This document shows positions 9,082-18,641 of a stretch of 64,000 nt of DNA, piece by piece (the stretch's first letter is position 1; every line of letters starts with the position of its first letter). Source of the DNA: a virus; the IMG/VR virus record IMGVR_UViG_3300044695_001206, positions 3,411-67,410 of that record. The stretch is one strand, 5' to 3'. A program made the translations under genes and the position numbers. The notes beneath the pieces are model-generated. The model was not told the DNA's origin. It saw only the letters and a program-made list of their open reading frames with translations, and ran no database searches.

Positions 9082-9841
9082 TAGTATCTCCTAGGGTTTG
9101 TTCTTCAGTAGCCCCAACTATTGGGCAGAATAATTTTATCTGCTTTTTAGCCTTGTCGTACTCACCATTCCGTAGGATGCGGACAGACCTAGCCATAGCC
9201 AAGCAGTAATCATAGTCGTATTTACCGCCATCTGCGGTTTTAGCTTGGTCATAGGCTGCTAACACAGCAACCGACCAGTTTCGGGGGTGGACATATTTAA
9301 GCCATTTCTCAGCTTTAGCTGGCCCCCACTTCCAGATACCGGGAATATTATCAGTCGTATCCCCTGTAATCCACTGCTTGTGGAAGTTGTAATCAGCTGT
9401 ATACTGATCCACAATATCTGGTGTATGTTCCTTATCTGGATTCCAATGCCATCCCGGTACAGACCGAAGATCTTTGTCTATGGTCACGGCAATCCCCTTA
9501 CCAGAGGAAGCCATAAGTCCCATAATATCATCAGCCTCTAACCTTGGCACTGTCAGAATGTCATGCTCATGGATAAGTTCAAGAGCATAGTCCATGCTTT
9601 CGGGGGTCTGCTTGCGGACATCCCGGTGAGCCTTGTATGGCTCCCAGAAGTCACGCCTGTAGTTGTCCTTGCGATTGCATGACATAGCAATGTAAACCTT
9701 CTTTATTCCCATCGGTGTCCAAGACTTGACATCGTGAGATAGTCGCTCTTCTAAATATTCAACACCCTCTTGGTCTGCCCAGAAAGCAGCGCGATAACAT
9801 AGGATGTCTCCATCCAGAACAGCAACATCAGGTCTTTCCAT
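9071..9841 (-). CDS. 5'-3' exonuclease (T7 gp6-like)
   Basis: DGDIL.Y, YKAHR, LEADD, DKDL, GDTTDNIPG..GP..A motifs. Confidence 0.92.
   Translation of the reverse strand: MERPDVAVLDGDILCYRAAFWADQEGVEYLEERLSHDVKSWTPMGIKKVYIAMSCNRKDNYRRDFWEPYKAHRDVRKQTPESMDYALELIHEHDILTVPRLEADDIMGLMASSGKGIAVTIDKDLRSVPGWHWNPDKEHTPDIVDQYTADYNFHKQWITGDTTDNIPGIWKWGPAKAEKWLKYVHPRNWSVAVLAAYDQAKTADGGKYDYDYCLAMARSVRILRNGEYDKAKKQIKLFCPIVGATEEQTLGDTNGY
9105..9125 (-). promoter_or_regulatory. Putative phage RNAP promoter CCCAATAGTTGGGGCTACTGA
   Basis: One of four copies of AATRGTTGGGGCTA; lies just upstream of the dUTPase RBS. Confidence 0.75.
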
Positions 9842-10559
9842 TATCCTTCTCCTCATCTATTAGTTTCAAAATATCTTGAATGATTTGTTCTTCGTCTGGT
9901 GTTCTATCCTCACGGGATGCTTGACAAAGCTCACAAGTACATAAGTTACCTAGCAATCCTTCGGATAGAATATGAAACCATTCCTCAAACTTCTGGGTTG
10001 CTTTAGCTTTGTATTGCTTTTCAGTACCGTTGTTGTAGAGAACATAATCAAAAACTTCTGTATAATTCTTGTCGTTAAGTTCCATTGAATTAGCTAAAGC
10101 TTCGGATTCATGTGTTCTCCACTCAGCTTTTGCTTCTGGTAGTTCACGACTTCCTGCTGCTACAAAGACTGTTAGTGCTCGTAAATCACGGGCAGCAGCA
10201 ACCTCATTCATGTATCGACAATCATCAACAATGACTACCTTCTCATGCCAAGTATCAGGATCAGCTTCAAGAGCTGCTTTTTCTTGCTCATACATTGTGG
10301 TAATCTTTTCACGGAAACGCTTAACCCAATAGTCTGGGTCTTTGGATCTCATGTCAGAACCTAGTGTTTGGCAGAAAGCTCTATACTCTTCTGGATTTTT
10401 ATCTTTAGAATATCCTTTAGCTTCTGCTTCTTGCTTAAGTGCATTAGCAAAAGGAAGGACTACGGGAGTGTACCCTTCGTTATAGGCATACTCACTTAGC
10501 CACTTGGCTAGAGTGGTTTTGCCCACACGGGCCTTTCCACCGATCATTATTATCAGCAT
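9828..10559 (-). CDS. Deoxynucleoside monophosphate kinase-like P-loop protein
   Basis: IGGKARVGKTT, FANALK, R...QTLG, YWV, VIVDDCRYMNE, HESE motifs. Confidence 0.85.
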   Translation of the reverse strand: MLIIMIGGKARVGKTTLAKWLSEYAYNEGYTPVVLPFANALKQEAEAKGYSKDKNPEEYRAFCQTLGSDMRSKDPDYWVKRFREKITTMYEQEKAALEADPDTWHEKVVIVDDCRYMNEVAAARDLRALTVFVAAGSRELPEAKAEWRTHESEALANSMELNDKNYTEVFDYVLYNNGTEKQYKAKATQKFEEWFHILSEGLLGNLCTCELCQASREDRTPDEEQIIQDILKLIDEEKDNGKT

Positions 10560-10995
10560 GTAAACTCTCCCATAGTTCCTTTGGACTGAAAAGATCAGGG
10601 ACATCCCAACCTTTAAACTTTAAATAATCACAGATAAAAGTTACGCAACTGGCTGGTTTCTTCATACCAAAGAAACGACCGACTGCATAATAAAAAATCA
10701 TCTTAACTGCACTGATCTGCCGATACTTCATAAAGAACTGAAAGTCATTAGAAGATAAATCTAGATCGCCTATATCATACTCATAATACTTTTCTACTTT
10801 CAGTTTAGAAAGAGCAGCAACTTTTACAACTTCAGCAGCTTTACCGTCAATAACAATTACAGCTATTGGCGGTTCTGTATTAAACTCAAGATGAGCGTGA
10901 GTATGCTTTGCATTAGTAAGTACACGAATAAAAGTATAACGCCACGATTGTACTGGCTTAAACTTATAGAAACAAATTTTAGTATTAACTCTCAT
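10492..10995 (-). CDS. Permuted papain-like (NlpC/P60, YaeF/YiiX-type) cysteine hydrolase candidate
   Basis: N-terminal HTHAHL His, C-terminal SCVTFI Cys, then SP.EL; His-before-Cys order. Confidence 0.5.
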   Translation of the reverse strand: MRVNTKICFYKFKPVQSWRYTFIRVLTNAKHTHAHLEFNTEPPIAVIVIDGKAAEVVKVAALSKLKVEKYYEYDIGDLDLSSNDFQFFMKYRQISAVKMIFYYAVGRFFGMKKPASCVTFICDYLKFKGWDVPDLFSPKELWESLHADNNDRWKGPCGQNHSSQVAK

Positions 10996-11317
10996 AAAAA
11001 ATTGGCATCCCCAAATATGTTGCTAGTGCATGTTCAACTCTAGCTCCCTCTGAATGCTCCCATCCATGCAACATCACCATAGCATTGCAATTTAGAATAG
11101 CATTGAGGTCGCGCTTCATGCAGGACCGTAAATGTTCTTTAGAATCTTCAGCTGTTGCTGGATCAAATCCTTCATCCTCATCCATACGGGCGGGATTATA
11201 AATCTTTTCAATCATTGGGTTCTTTACCCACTTTTTCTCTGCGTTATAGAACGCATCAAAGTTATGGTTCGGGTATCCCCGCATAGGACCAGCAATGTAC
11301 ATAGTAAGTGAACTCAT
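10985..11317 (-). CDS. DUF4406 / nucleoside 2-deoxyribosyltransferase-like protein
   Basis: YIAGPMRG...NF.AF, NPA, D..AI..C.AM.ML.GWE.SEGARVE..LA..LG. Confidence 0.85.
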   Translation of the reverse strand: MSSLTMYIAGPMRGYPNHNFDAFYNAEKKWVKNPMIEKIYNPARMDEDEGFDPATAEDSKEHLRSCMKRDLNAILNCNAMVMLHGWEHSEGARVEHALATYLGMPIFYES

Positions 11318-11325
11318 ATTACTCC

Positions 11326-13017
11326 TTAGTGGGTTTCTGCCCAATTATTACCGATGCGATACTCAGCATCAATACGAATGTTAAGATTAAGCTGCTCACC
11401 AGCAGCCGTTGCAGCAGCAGTCACAGCCTTGCCAAACTCATCGGCAACAGACTTGGGACAGCTATACTGCAACTCGTCGTGGATATAAGCCAGCTGCTTG
11501 GCGTGTAACTGCGCCGCTGCTTTGCTAGCCTCAACCATCCAGTACTTCGATACGATGGCTCCTGAGCCTTGCAGGAGCGTATTCAGGGCAGCGTGTTCGC
11601 TGCGGACAGGAACACTCCTACCATCAGGAAGTCTAACCTTACCTGTCTTAATTGTTTCATATCGAACAGCGTCCTGTACTTTCGCAAGTGCAGGGATTTC
11701 TTTCTGGAACCGATCACGCAATTTACGGGCAGCATCAACAGAGCAGTCACATACCATAGCAATCTTCTTGTCGCCAGCCCCATAAAGGTAAGCGTAGATG
11801 AATGACTTGGCAAGCGAACGGCTAGACAAACCAGCAGCGTGTTGATTGTGTGTATGAATGTCACCAGTAAGTAGTACCTTAGCATACTCACCATTGTCAT
11901 ACTTAGCCATGAAGTGGGCAAGCATGCGCAGTTCAAGACCAGACAAGTCAGCACCAACCAAAGTCTCGCCAACATCTGGAACCCATAATTCTCTTGCACG
12001 ATGGTCGCCACTTACCTGAGCAATGTTAGGTTGGCTGTGGGTACAACGACCTGTAGCAGCACCTTGTGCATTAATACCACCGTGGATACGATGATCTCTG
12101 CTAGCTGTTACACGGGTGTTCCAATCTTCAACCATACCCATAAGCTTAACAGTATTGAAGTACTCAGTTAGCTTCTTTGCTTCGGGATATTCAAGAGTAG
12201 CAAGTACTGACTCGTCTACCTTTGGATTTCCCTTGTCTGTCAGGGGTGGCTTCCATCCATACTTTTCAGTTAGGCGGGATGCAATCTGCTGTCGGCTACC
12301 GGGATTGAAGGTTTCAATCTTATCTTTTAGTCTCTTGCCCGTCTTTTCGGAATGACGGATGATGATCTTATCAGGAAAGATCTCACGCATTTCATCTTCA
12401 ATACCAAGCTTCTCAAGCATAAGTTCTTGATACAACTTGTCTCCTGCATTACTGTCATAGTTAAATCCATGCTCTACTTGCTCCATTAGAACTTCAGATA
12501 CTCGGCTCTCAAAGCGAACCAATTCCTTGTTCTTAGTAATAAATTGTTTTTGGGCTTCATAGATAGCCATGCCTAGTCTGGCATCCTGCAAGCAGTAAGT
12601 ACCCATCTCATCTGAGTACTGCGCCCATCCACCTGTATAATCCATCTTAGGGAACTTAAGATACTTGCCCCAAGAAGCCAGAGAGTTGTCACCTAGCCGG
12701 TGATTGTTGATGTCTGGATGCATCAACTTGCTGATAACGAGCGTATCAACAATACATTTTGGTCGCGCCATCCCGTACAGTCTACGCATTACGGGAAAAT
12801 CGTAGCCCCAGATATTATGTCCGATAATTACGGGCATCTCACTGAGGTACTTGATCAGATCTTTCATCTGATGTTCTAGCCAAAGAATAGGTTCTTCGTC
12901 ATTGACCTTGGTAGCGGCGCACAGAATTCGAGTAGCCTCTGTATAAGGCTTACCCTTGCTGTCAAGGATTAGTTCACCAAGTCCGTTACCTTCAATATCA
13001 AGGACGCATACCTTCAT
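11326..13017 (-). CDS. DNA polymerase family A (T7 gp5-like, compact)
   Basis: Exo I DIE, GHNI..YD, YC.QD; motif A ADLSGLELR, motif B RSLAKSFIYAYLYG, motif C IHDELQ. Confidence 0.97.
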   Translation of the reverse strand: MKVCVLDIEGNGLGELILDSKGKPYTEATRILCAATKVNDEEPILWLEHQMKDLIKYLSEMPVIIGHNIWGYDFPVMRRLYGMARPKCIVDTLVISKLMHPDINNHRLGDNSLASWGKYLKFPKMDYTGGWAQYSDEMGTYCLQDARLGMAIYEAQKQFITKNKELVRFESRVSEVLMEQVEHGFNYDSNAGDKLYQELMLEKLGIEDEMREIFPDKIIIRHSEKTGKRLKDKIETFNPGSRQQIASRLTEKYGWKPPLTDKGNPKVDESVLATLEYPEAKKLTEYFNTVKLMGMVEDWNTRVTASRDHRIHGGINAQGAATGRCTHSQPNIAQVSGDHRARELWVPDVGETLVGADLSGLELRMLAHFMAKYDNGEYAKVLLTGDIHTHNQHAAGLSSRSLAKSFIYAYLYGAGDKKIAMVCDCSVDAARKLRDRFQKEIPALAKVQDAVRYETIKTGKVRLPDGRSVPVRSEHAALNTLLQGSGAIVSKYWMVEASKAAAQLHAKQLAYIHDELQYSCPKSVADEFGKAVTAAATAAGEQLNLNIRIDAEYRIGNNWAETH

Positions 13018-14739
13018 TTAATTCTCCTCTGGTTCAAAGACAATAGATCCATCCTCTGCCATAGCAAAGCCAATCTCTTTCAAACGACCAGTAGTATGGT
13101 CATAGAATAGTGTTGCTGCAATACCAGCCCGACCTGTCAGGCGATTCTTGAGAACACGAACAATTGTAGTATTGGCAATCTTGTGGTCTGTGTTCTGGCG
13201 ATCACGCTCAAGGGCAATGACTGTGTTAGGTACACTAGCCAAAGCACCGGAGCCACGCAGATCTTGCAAAGTAATTCGATCACCCTCTTCATAAGCCTTC
13301 TCCGATTTCTTAAGCTGAGATACAATGTCAATATGAACACCAGTTCGGACAGCCAATGCTCTCAGTTCTTTCATAAGAGTGTCGATGATGATTCGCTCTG
13401 AGCCACCACCCTCAACATCCTTATCATTCATACCCATTAGACCAGCGGCTGCTGCTGTAATATGATCTAGTACAATAACCTGAACACCAAGAGATACAGC
13501 CATGAACTCCATACGAGCAAGAAGATTCTGCATAGCGTTGTTGCCAAGATGATCGTAGATATAGAAGTTAGTTTCACTAAGCTTACGCTTAGCAGTATAA
13601 TATTCCTCATCAGTTAGATCATCAATCATCTGCATATTGATAGGATTCTTACCCATCTGTACTCTCAGCTCATTCATCATGCGGCAAGCACGGATAGCCC
13701 GGACAGGCTTGTTAAGCATCAGACTAATCATGTCATCCATTGTCTCCTGCGGAGATTCCTCAAGCATGATACAACCTACGCTACGACCCTCTGAAAGATG
13801 GTGCATCATAAGTTCACGGAGGATGGTAGACTTTCCTGAGCCAGTACCAGATGCCCATAGGCTAATCTCTCCACCACGCTGTCCAATTAGAAACTCTGAT
13901 AGACCATCGTATGGAAAGGGATATACCTTACTGTTTGTCATAGTCTCTGATGCATCTACAATCTTAGAGATATGTAGGATCTCATCTGGAGAATACTGGT
14001 GGGCTTCCCAGATCGCAGACACAAGCTGCTTAGTCTGAGCATTAACAAGACACTCATTGGCATCCTTGTAAGGAAGCTTAGCAATCTTGCACTTGCCCGG
14101 TGGCAGTAGTTCGGCAACCTCATTAGCTGCTTTGATACCCGGCTCATCCATGTCAAAACACAGAACAACTTCTGAATAAGAGTTAACAAACTCTAGGTTA
14201 TCACGGATAGACTTAGCTGCTGACTGCGCTCCATTTGGGATGGAGACTACAGGCCAAGTACCACCAAGAACTTGATTGACAGTCATGCAGTCAATCTCAC
14301 CCTCAGTAATAACAAGACGCTTGCCACCATTCTTCCATAGGTTCTGTCCAAAAAGCTCAGCACCCTTTGCTGATCCCTTCCAAGCAAACTGCTTATTAGG
14401 ACCACGAAGATGCTGACCAATTAGCTCACCATTATTATAGTAGTTAGCAATCTGAACTTCCTTGCCATTTACCTTGGCTACCTGATAGCCATATAGTCGG
14501 CAAGTCTTTTCCGTAATACCGCGATCCTCAAGATCAATGTAAGAACCAGTGAGAGTCTTAAACTCTTTTGGTTGAATCGTAGCAATGTCATCAGTCATCT
14601 CTTTTCCTTTTGTATTACGGTGATAACTACACTTGAAACAATACACATGGTCATCATAGACCGCGAGATTATCTCCGCTGCGGTCTTCACCATTAGATGC
14701 GCAGCGTGGACATTCGGTTTTCTTTTGGAACAGACTCAT
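13018..14739 (-). CDS. DNA primase/helicase (T7 gp4-like)
   Basis: Zn finger CPRC...CFKC, TOPRIM ITEGEID and FDMDEPG, Walker A SGTGSGKS, VLDH, DLRGSG, KNRLTG. Confidence 0.97.
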   Translation of the reverse strand: MSLFQKKTECPRCASNGEDRSGDNLAVYDDHVYCFKCSYHRNTKGKEMTDDIATIQPKEFKTLTGSYIDLEDRGITEKTCRLYGYQVAKVNGKEVQIANYYNNGELIGQHLRGPNKQFAWKGSAKGAELFGQNLWKNGGKRLVITEGEIDCMTVNQVLGGTWPVVSIPNGAQSAAKSIRDNLEFVNSYSEVVLCFDMDEPGIKAANEVAELLPPGKCKIAKLPYKDANECLVNAQTKQLVSAIWEAHQYSPDEILHISKIVDASETMTNSKVYPFPYDGLSEFLIGQRGGEISLWASGTGSGKSTILRELMMHHLSEGRSVGCIMLEESPQETMDDMISLMLNKPVRAIRACRMMNELRVQMGKNPINMQMIDDLTDEEYYTAKRKLSETNFYIYDHLGNNAMQNLLARMEFMAVSLGVQVIVLDHITAAAAGLMGMNDKDVEGGGSERIIIDTLMKELRALAVRTGVHIDIVSQLKKSEKAYEEGDRITLQDLRGSGALASVPNTVIALERDRQNTDHKIANTTIVRVLKNRLTGRAGIAATLFYDHTTGRLKEIGFAMAEDGSIVFEPEEN

Positions 14740-14750
14740 TCATTTATACC

Positions 14751-15059
14751 TCACCACTCACGCATATCATCGCTATAACAGATATCGTTGCTTACCTTAA
14801 TAGTACGAACAATCTTAAGAAGTAGTTCACGCGAAATACTAAAAGAAACAACAGGCTCATCTTTATCACTACGCAACCCATTTCTATCTTGTGGAGTTTC
14901 GTAAATAGCAAAGAAAGCATTGTCCTTATTCTTAGAAAATTCAATTTCCATATAATGATTTGGTGAGGTGTAACAATCTCCACCAACGATAATTTCTGGA
15001 CCACCGCCAACTGGAAAGTTCATCTGTAACCATTCATCTGTCTCTATGTTATCCATCAT
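14751..15059 (-). CDS. Hypothetical protein
   Basis: ORF in a tightly packed operon; probable start MMDNIETD. Confidence 0.55.
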   Translation of the reverse strand: MMDNIETDEWLQMNFPVGGGPEIIVGGDCYTSPNHYMEIEFSKNKDNAFFAIYETPQDRNGLRSDKDEPVVSFSISRELLLKIVRTIKVSNDICYSDDMREW

Positions 15060-15280
15060 TCGTCTTTTCCTTTGCCCCAACCTAATTCGTTGGGATATGA
15101 GTTCTTAATAGACTTGAATATACCAACAATCTCATTTCTTAGATTGTCACGCTGTTCAACCAGTTTATCATACTTTGCTTGAGTCGCTGTACCATCTGTC
15201 TCAATACGACCAATCTTATAGCTAAGTATTGCAAGATCGTAGACCATCTCTTCAAGTTCATTTAATGTTTTTGTTTTCAT
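15056..15280 (-). CDS. Hypothetical protein
   Basis: 74 aa ORF coupled to its neighbour. Confidence 0.55.
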   Translation of the reverse strand: MKTKTLNELEEMVYDLAILSYKIGRIETDGTATQAKYDKLVEQRDNLRNEIVGIFKSIKNSYPNELGWGKGKDE

Positions 15281-15418
15281 CGTTTCTTCTTGTCTAACAA
15301 CATAACAATACCATCAACCAATTGTCCAGTAAAAAGTCCTAGTAGGTAGACAAAAAGAATAAGAAGTGTTCCTATCATAGTAATCCATTCTCCTGATCGA
15401 AGTTTACAAGTCTATCCA

Positions 15419-15763
15419 TTAACAACAATCTTCAGTCTGACACCCAAGATAAGTAATACGGAATGGACTATTCTTATAAGTGTTGATAAGATACTGCATC
15501 TGTTCTTTTGTGCATCTAAAGAAAGTGAGATCTCTTTCGTAAGTCATAAAATTATATCCAGTGCTGGGTTCAAGAAGCTTAAACTTCTTGAAAGCACTAG
15601 CGCGCTTCTTATTTTTACCGTAGGTACAAGCTTCTCCCATGATCCAATCAACAGGGTCATTAATATCTTGTTCGTTGTTCAACTTAAAAGATATACAAAG
15701 ATCGTAGTAAACAAAGGGAATCTTAAACTTTTTAACAAACTTTTCATTTGACTTAATAAGCAT
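15419..15763 (-). CDS. Hypothetical protein
   Basis: SD AGGAG; abuts the upstream stop. Confidence 0.6.
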   Translation of the reverse strand: MLIKSNEKFVKKFKIPFVYYDLCISFKLNNEQDINDPVDWIMGEACTYGKNKKRASAFKKFKLLEPSTGYNFMTYERDLTFFRCTKEQMQYLINTYKNSPFRITYLGCQTEDCC

Positions 15764-16012
15764 TTAATAAATACTCCTGTTAGCGGTGTGATATTCAGCG
15801 GCTACAAAGTATACGCCATGAATAAAATGATCCAAGAAACCAATAGTGGTACGAAGATAAGCAAGATCTTCATCACTAGAGAGCAGGGAATCAGAGTAGA
15901 TCTTCCAAAGAAGATCACGCTGCTTCTGCATATAGGCAAGATCACAAGGGGCTTGGATAACACAGCGATCTCGATTGTTAGGATCAATACCGAAGTTCAT
16001 AGTTGTCTCCAT
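15764..16012 (-). CDS. Hypothetical protein
   Basis: 82 aa ORF in an operon. Confidence 0.55.
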   Translation of the reverse strand: METTMNFGIDPNNRDRCVIQAPCDLAYMQKQRDLLWKIYSDSLLSSDEDLAYLRTTIGFLDHFIHGVYFVAAEYHTANRSIY

Positions 16013-16425
16013 TGTTCTTCAATAATGTTTGCAATTTCTTCAAAGGTAAAGTCGTGGCCGTACTCACCATCGTTCATGCTGGTAAGCAAGCAAGTTTGTT
16101 CATCTCTAAAGTATGATGTATCACGACTAGGAATAGGCTTGTCATACTTAAACTCTCCATTGTCATCATTGATACCAGCCCACATACGAACATCTCTGGG
16201 TAAAGTACCAGTAATTCTATCAAAAGCTGTAACAATTGAAGAATCACTAAGCATACGCTGTTCGCAATAAGAATCTCTATTGTTGTTTTCTTGCACATAC
16301 AAGTCGCAAAGAACACCAAGGCAGCAATAGGTGTTAGTATCTTGGTTATGCAGTACACCCTTGCCTTGTTGATACTCTCCACTACGCAAGGCAGCAACCC
16401 ACTTTTCAGCAATCAATTGATCCAT
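15997..16425 (-). CDS. Conserved phage hypothetical (W..ALRSGEY.QG...YCCLGVLC...ND...F.EIA..IE family)
   Basis: Recognisable motif set; SD AAGGA. Confidence 0.75.
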   Translation of the reverse strand: MDQLIAEKWVAALRSGEYQQGKGVLHNQDTNTYCCLGVLCDLYVQENNNRDSYCEQRMLSDSSIVTAFDRITGTLPRDVRMWAGINDDNGEFKYDKPIPSRDTSYFRDEQTCLLTSMNDGEYGHDFTFEEIANIIEEQWRQL

Positions 16426-16436
16426 AGTTTTCCTTT

Positions 16437-16796
16437 TTATTGAATATCATTTACAATTTTACCTTCTTCATTAGAGTAAATGATTCTATCAAATACATGA
16501 GAACACCAAGGCATACAAAACTTACATGGTTTAGACATGCCCAACCTACCTGTCTTGCTAAACCGGAAGTTATAAAGAACCAGTTTATCTTGTGGTATCT
16601 TTATCTTTCGGAAGGCATCCAGTTCAGAGTGTAGATATGGGTACATGTAGCCATACTCAGCAGTCTTGGGATGAGTCTTCCAGTTATTAGTTCCAACAGC
16701 AAGCAGTCTATTCTTTCTAACGATCAGCGAGATATGCGCCCTGTCTCTATCGACAGTCGATGCAATATGCTTAGCTAGTTCAATCCAATGTTCCAT
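16437..16796 (-). CDS. Zn-dependent cytidine/dCMP deaminase-like protein
   Basis: HSELDA and SKPCKFC motifs, VGTN strand; probable start MEHWIELAK. Confidence 0.85.
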   Translation of the reverse strand: MEHWIELAKHIASTVDRDRAHISLIVRKNRLLAVGTNNWKTHPKTAEYGYMYPYLHSELDAFRKIKIPQDKLVLYNFRFSKTGRLGMSKPCKFCMPWCSHVFDRIIYSNEEGKIVNDIQ

Positions 16797-17436
16797 TAAG
16801 AGCCTTCCAAGATATCGGGAATGCTTTGGCACATGCGTCATTGAGACACATAGCAACCTGTCGGCATTCATTCTGAGCGTGAGCATCAAGCCGTAGCTGG
16901 CACACACGGGCAAAGCCGTATAGAGAACCCGTCCAGTACCACTCGGTCATCATAGACTGAGGAAGCACGGCACGGGCTTGCTCCGGGCATACACCGTTGG
17001 CAAGCATCATGCTATAGGTCAGCATGCAGTAACGCATAGCATCCTCAAAGACATCTTGAGACTCAAGAGGATCATCGACAAGATCATCCATAGATCCCTG
17101 CTTCTTGTTATCAGCTTTCTTTCTCCAATTACCATCTGGATTCCAGAAGGTGGGATCATAGTCAACATAGCGGCGGCTTACTTCATTCCAAGCAAACCCG
17201 ACCTGATGCTTCTGCAACTGTCGGGCAACAAAGATAGGAGCCTTAATTCTAAATTGTAGAGTACAGTGTGCAAAAGGACTCCAGTGATTGTGCTTTGCCA
17301 AGTACTTAATAAGCTTACTGTTCTGATCTTCTGTGTAGTTGGTAGCTTCTTTACTGAACGACACTCTAGCAGCATCAACAACCGTGTTGTCTGTTCCCAT
17401 CTTGTCGATCAACTCAACTGAAATCTTTTCGTACAT
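16780..17436 (-). CDS. thyX: Flavin-dependent thymidylate synthase
   Basis: AARVSF, HWSPF.H, PIFVARQL.KH, NEVSRRYV, EQARAVLP, AHAQ.E. Confidence 0.96.
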   Translation of the reverse strand: MYEKISVELIDKMGTDNTVVDAARVSFSKEATNYTEDQNSKLIKYLAKHNHWSPFAHCTLQFRIKAPIFVARQLQKHQVGFAWNEVSRRYVDYDPTFWNPDGNWRKKADNKKQGSMDDLVDDPLESQDVFEDAMRYCMLTYSMMLANGVCPEQARAVLPQSMMTEWYWTGSLYGFARVCQLRLDAHAQNECRQVAMCLNDACAKAFPISWKALNGTLD

Positions 17437-17446
17437 AATTCTCCTT

Positions 17447-17482
17447 TTGAAAAAAGGAAAGGGGATTTCTCCCCAATCCTTT
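17447..17482 (-). terminator. Putative intrinsic terminator after the RusA-like gene
   Basis: Minus strand GGGGA-GAAA-TCCCC followed by TTTCCTTTTTT. Confidence 0.6.
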
Positions 17483-17853
17483 TAGGTATTTACTTCTAAA
17501 GTGAAGTAACCGTCTTCACCTTTGTCAGCCCACTGCTTGGATACATGAAGGGAAGTTATCTGGGAGTCATCCTTCCAAATTTTTCCGTTCATAGTATCCA
17601 GAACAGCCTTGGCAAAGTTGTCAATATCTGCCTTCGGCCATTCCCTCTCAGTAGTTTTTGGACGCTTTACATATAACTCAATACTCACTGCTAGTTCTGT
17701 GTCAATAGGTTCAAAGTCTTTACCGATGGTTTCCCATACAATCTCTGATGCCTTCTCCCTGAACTCCTTGTAAGTACCTGTATAGTAAGCACCCCATTTA
17801 CCAACCCGTGGTCTTGATGCAGCCACGGGATTGATATTAAACTTCCAGTTCAA
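17482..17853 (-). CDS. rusA: RusA-family Holliday junction resolvase
   Basis: P..SRPR, DIDNFAKAVLD.MNG.IW.DDSQI...K motifs. Confidence 0.9.
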   Translation of the reverse strand: MNWKFNINPVAASRPRVGKWGAYYTGTYKEFREKASEIVWETIGKDFEPIDTELAVSIELYVKRPKTTEREWPKADIDNFAKAVLDTMNGKIWKDDSQITSLHVSKQWADKGEDGYFTLEVNT

Positions 17854-18390
17854 TTAGAATGGAAGGTCTTCGTCCTCAGTCTCTTCAACTTCGGGCGCAG
17901 ACTTTGTAGTGGCTGCACCAACATATCCACCATCGACAGCACTAAAGCCACCGCCAGTAGATCCGGTCATATTGTTGGCATTCTTCTCCACAATCTGAAT
18001 ACCATTAAGGTAAACAGATAGGCTGTTATCACGGGCGACAACAGCGGGAGCAAGCTTCAAGCGAACCTTGTCACCGCCAAAAGGAACTGCATCAGTTTCC
18101 TGTGCAGCAGAATCTACGCAAGGGAATTTACCCTGCTCGACATACATTCGGCTCTTTGCCTTGAATGTCTTGACTCCATCCTTCTCCATGATACCATTGA
18201 TCTTCTTAGCACCAGACTGCTTGAGCAACTCAGCGAGCTTCTTCTCAAGAGTCTTGTCAAGAAGAATCGTAATGTTATGGTTAGCCGAAGCTTCACCAAA
18301 AGCCGTATCTGGCTTAAGAAGATTGCTCCACTTAACTTCAACAACCTCAGTCACAAACTGAGGCATCTTCTTCATCTTCTTATTAACCAT
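17854..18390 (-). CDS. Single-stranded DNA-binding protein (T7 gp2.5-like)
   Basis: L.KPDT.F, GG..V.L, SVYLNGIQIVE motifs; acidic tail ending EDEDLPF. Confidence 0.88.
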   Translation of the reverse strand: MVNKKMKKMPQFVTEVVEVKWSNLLKPDTAFGEASANHNITILLDKTLEKKLAELLKQSGAKKINGIMEKDGVKTFKAKSRMYVEQGKFPCVDSAAQETDAVPFGGDKVRLKLAPAVVARDNSLSVYLNGIQIVEKNANNMTGSTGGGFSAVDGGYVGAATTKSAPEVEETEDEDLPF

Positions 18391-18589
18391 TAGTGGTCTT
18401 GTCCTTATTCATTTCGCTAGTGATCTGATTCACTTGCATGTTTAGGTCGTTAACAATAGCACTCAGACCGGAAGCAAGTCCGCTGAGATACGCAACTACG
18501 CTATCACTACGGATAGCAGGAACCATTTCCTGTGCGGGAGTGGTAACTTCAGTAACAACTCCATCAATCATTTCAGTTTCAGTGTTCAT
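18383..18589 (-). CDS. Hypothetical protein (68 aa, start MNTETEM)
   Basis: Strong SD AAAGGAG downstream of a promoter motif. Confidence 0.65.
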   Translation of the reverse strand: MNTETEMIDGVVTEVTTPAQEMVPAIRSDSVVAYLSGLASGLSAIVNDLNMQVNQITSEMNKDKTTNG

Positions 18590-18618
18590 AATTTTTCTCC
18601 TTTCTGATATACAGTATA

Positions 18619-18639
18619 TCTGTAGCCCCAACCATTGGA
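18619..18639 (-). promoter_or_regulatory. Putative phage RNAP promoter TCCAATGGTTGGGGCTACAGA
   Basis: Intergenic copy of the motif, upstream of the SSB/replication operon. Confidence 0.8.
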
Positions 18640-18641
18640 AC

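Noticed and set aside
15073-15090. Fifth phage promoter copy (GTTGGGGC)
   Set aside because: Only the core matches; it lacks the correctly spaced AATR and the CTA..GA tail, and lies in coding sequence.
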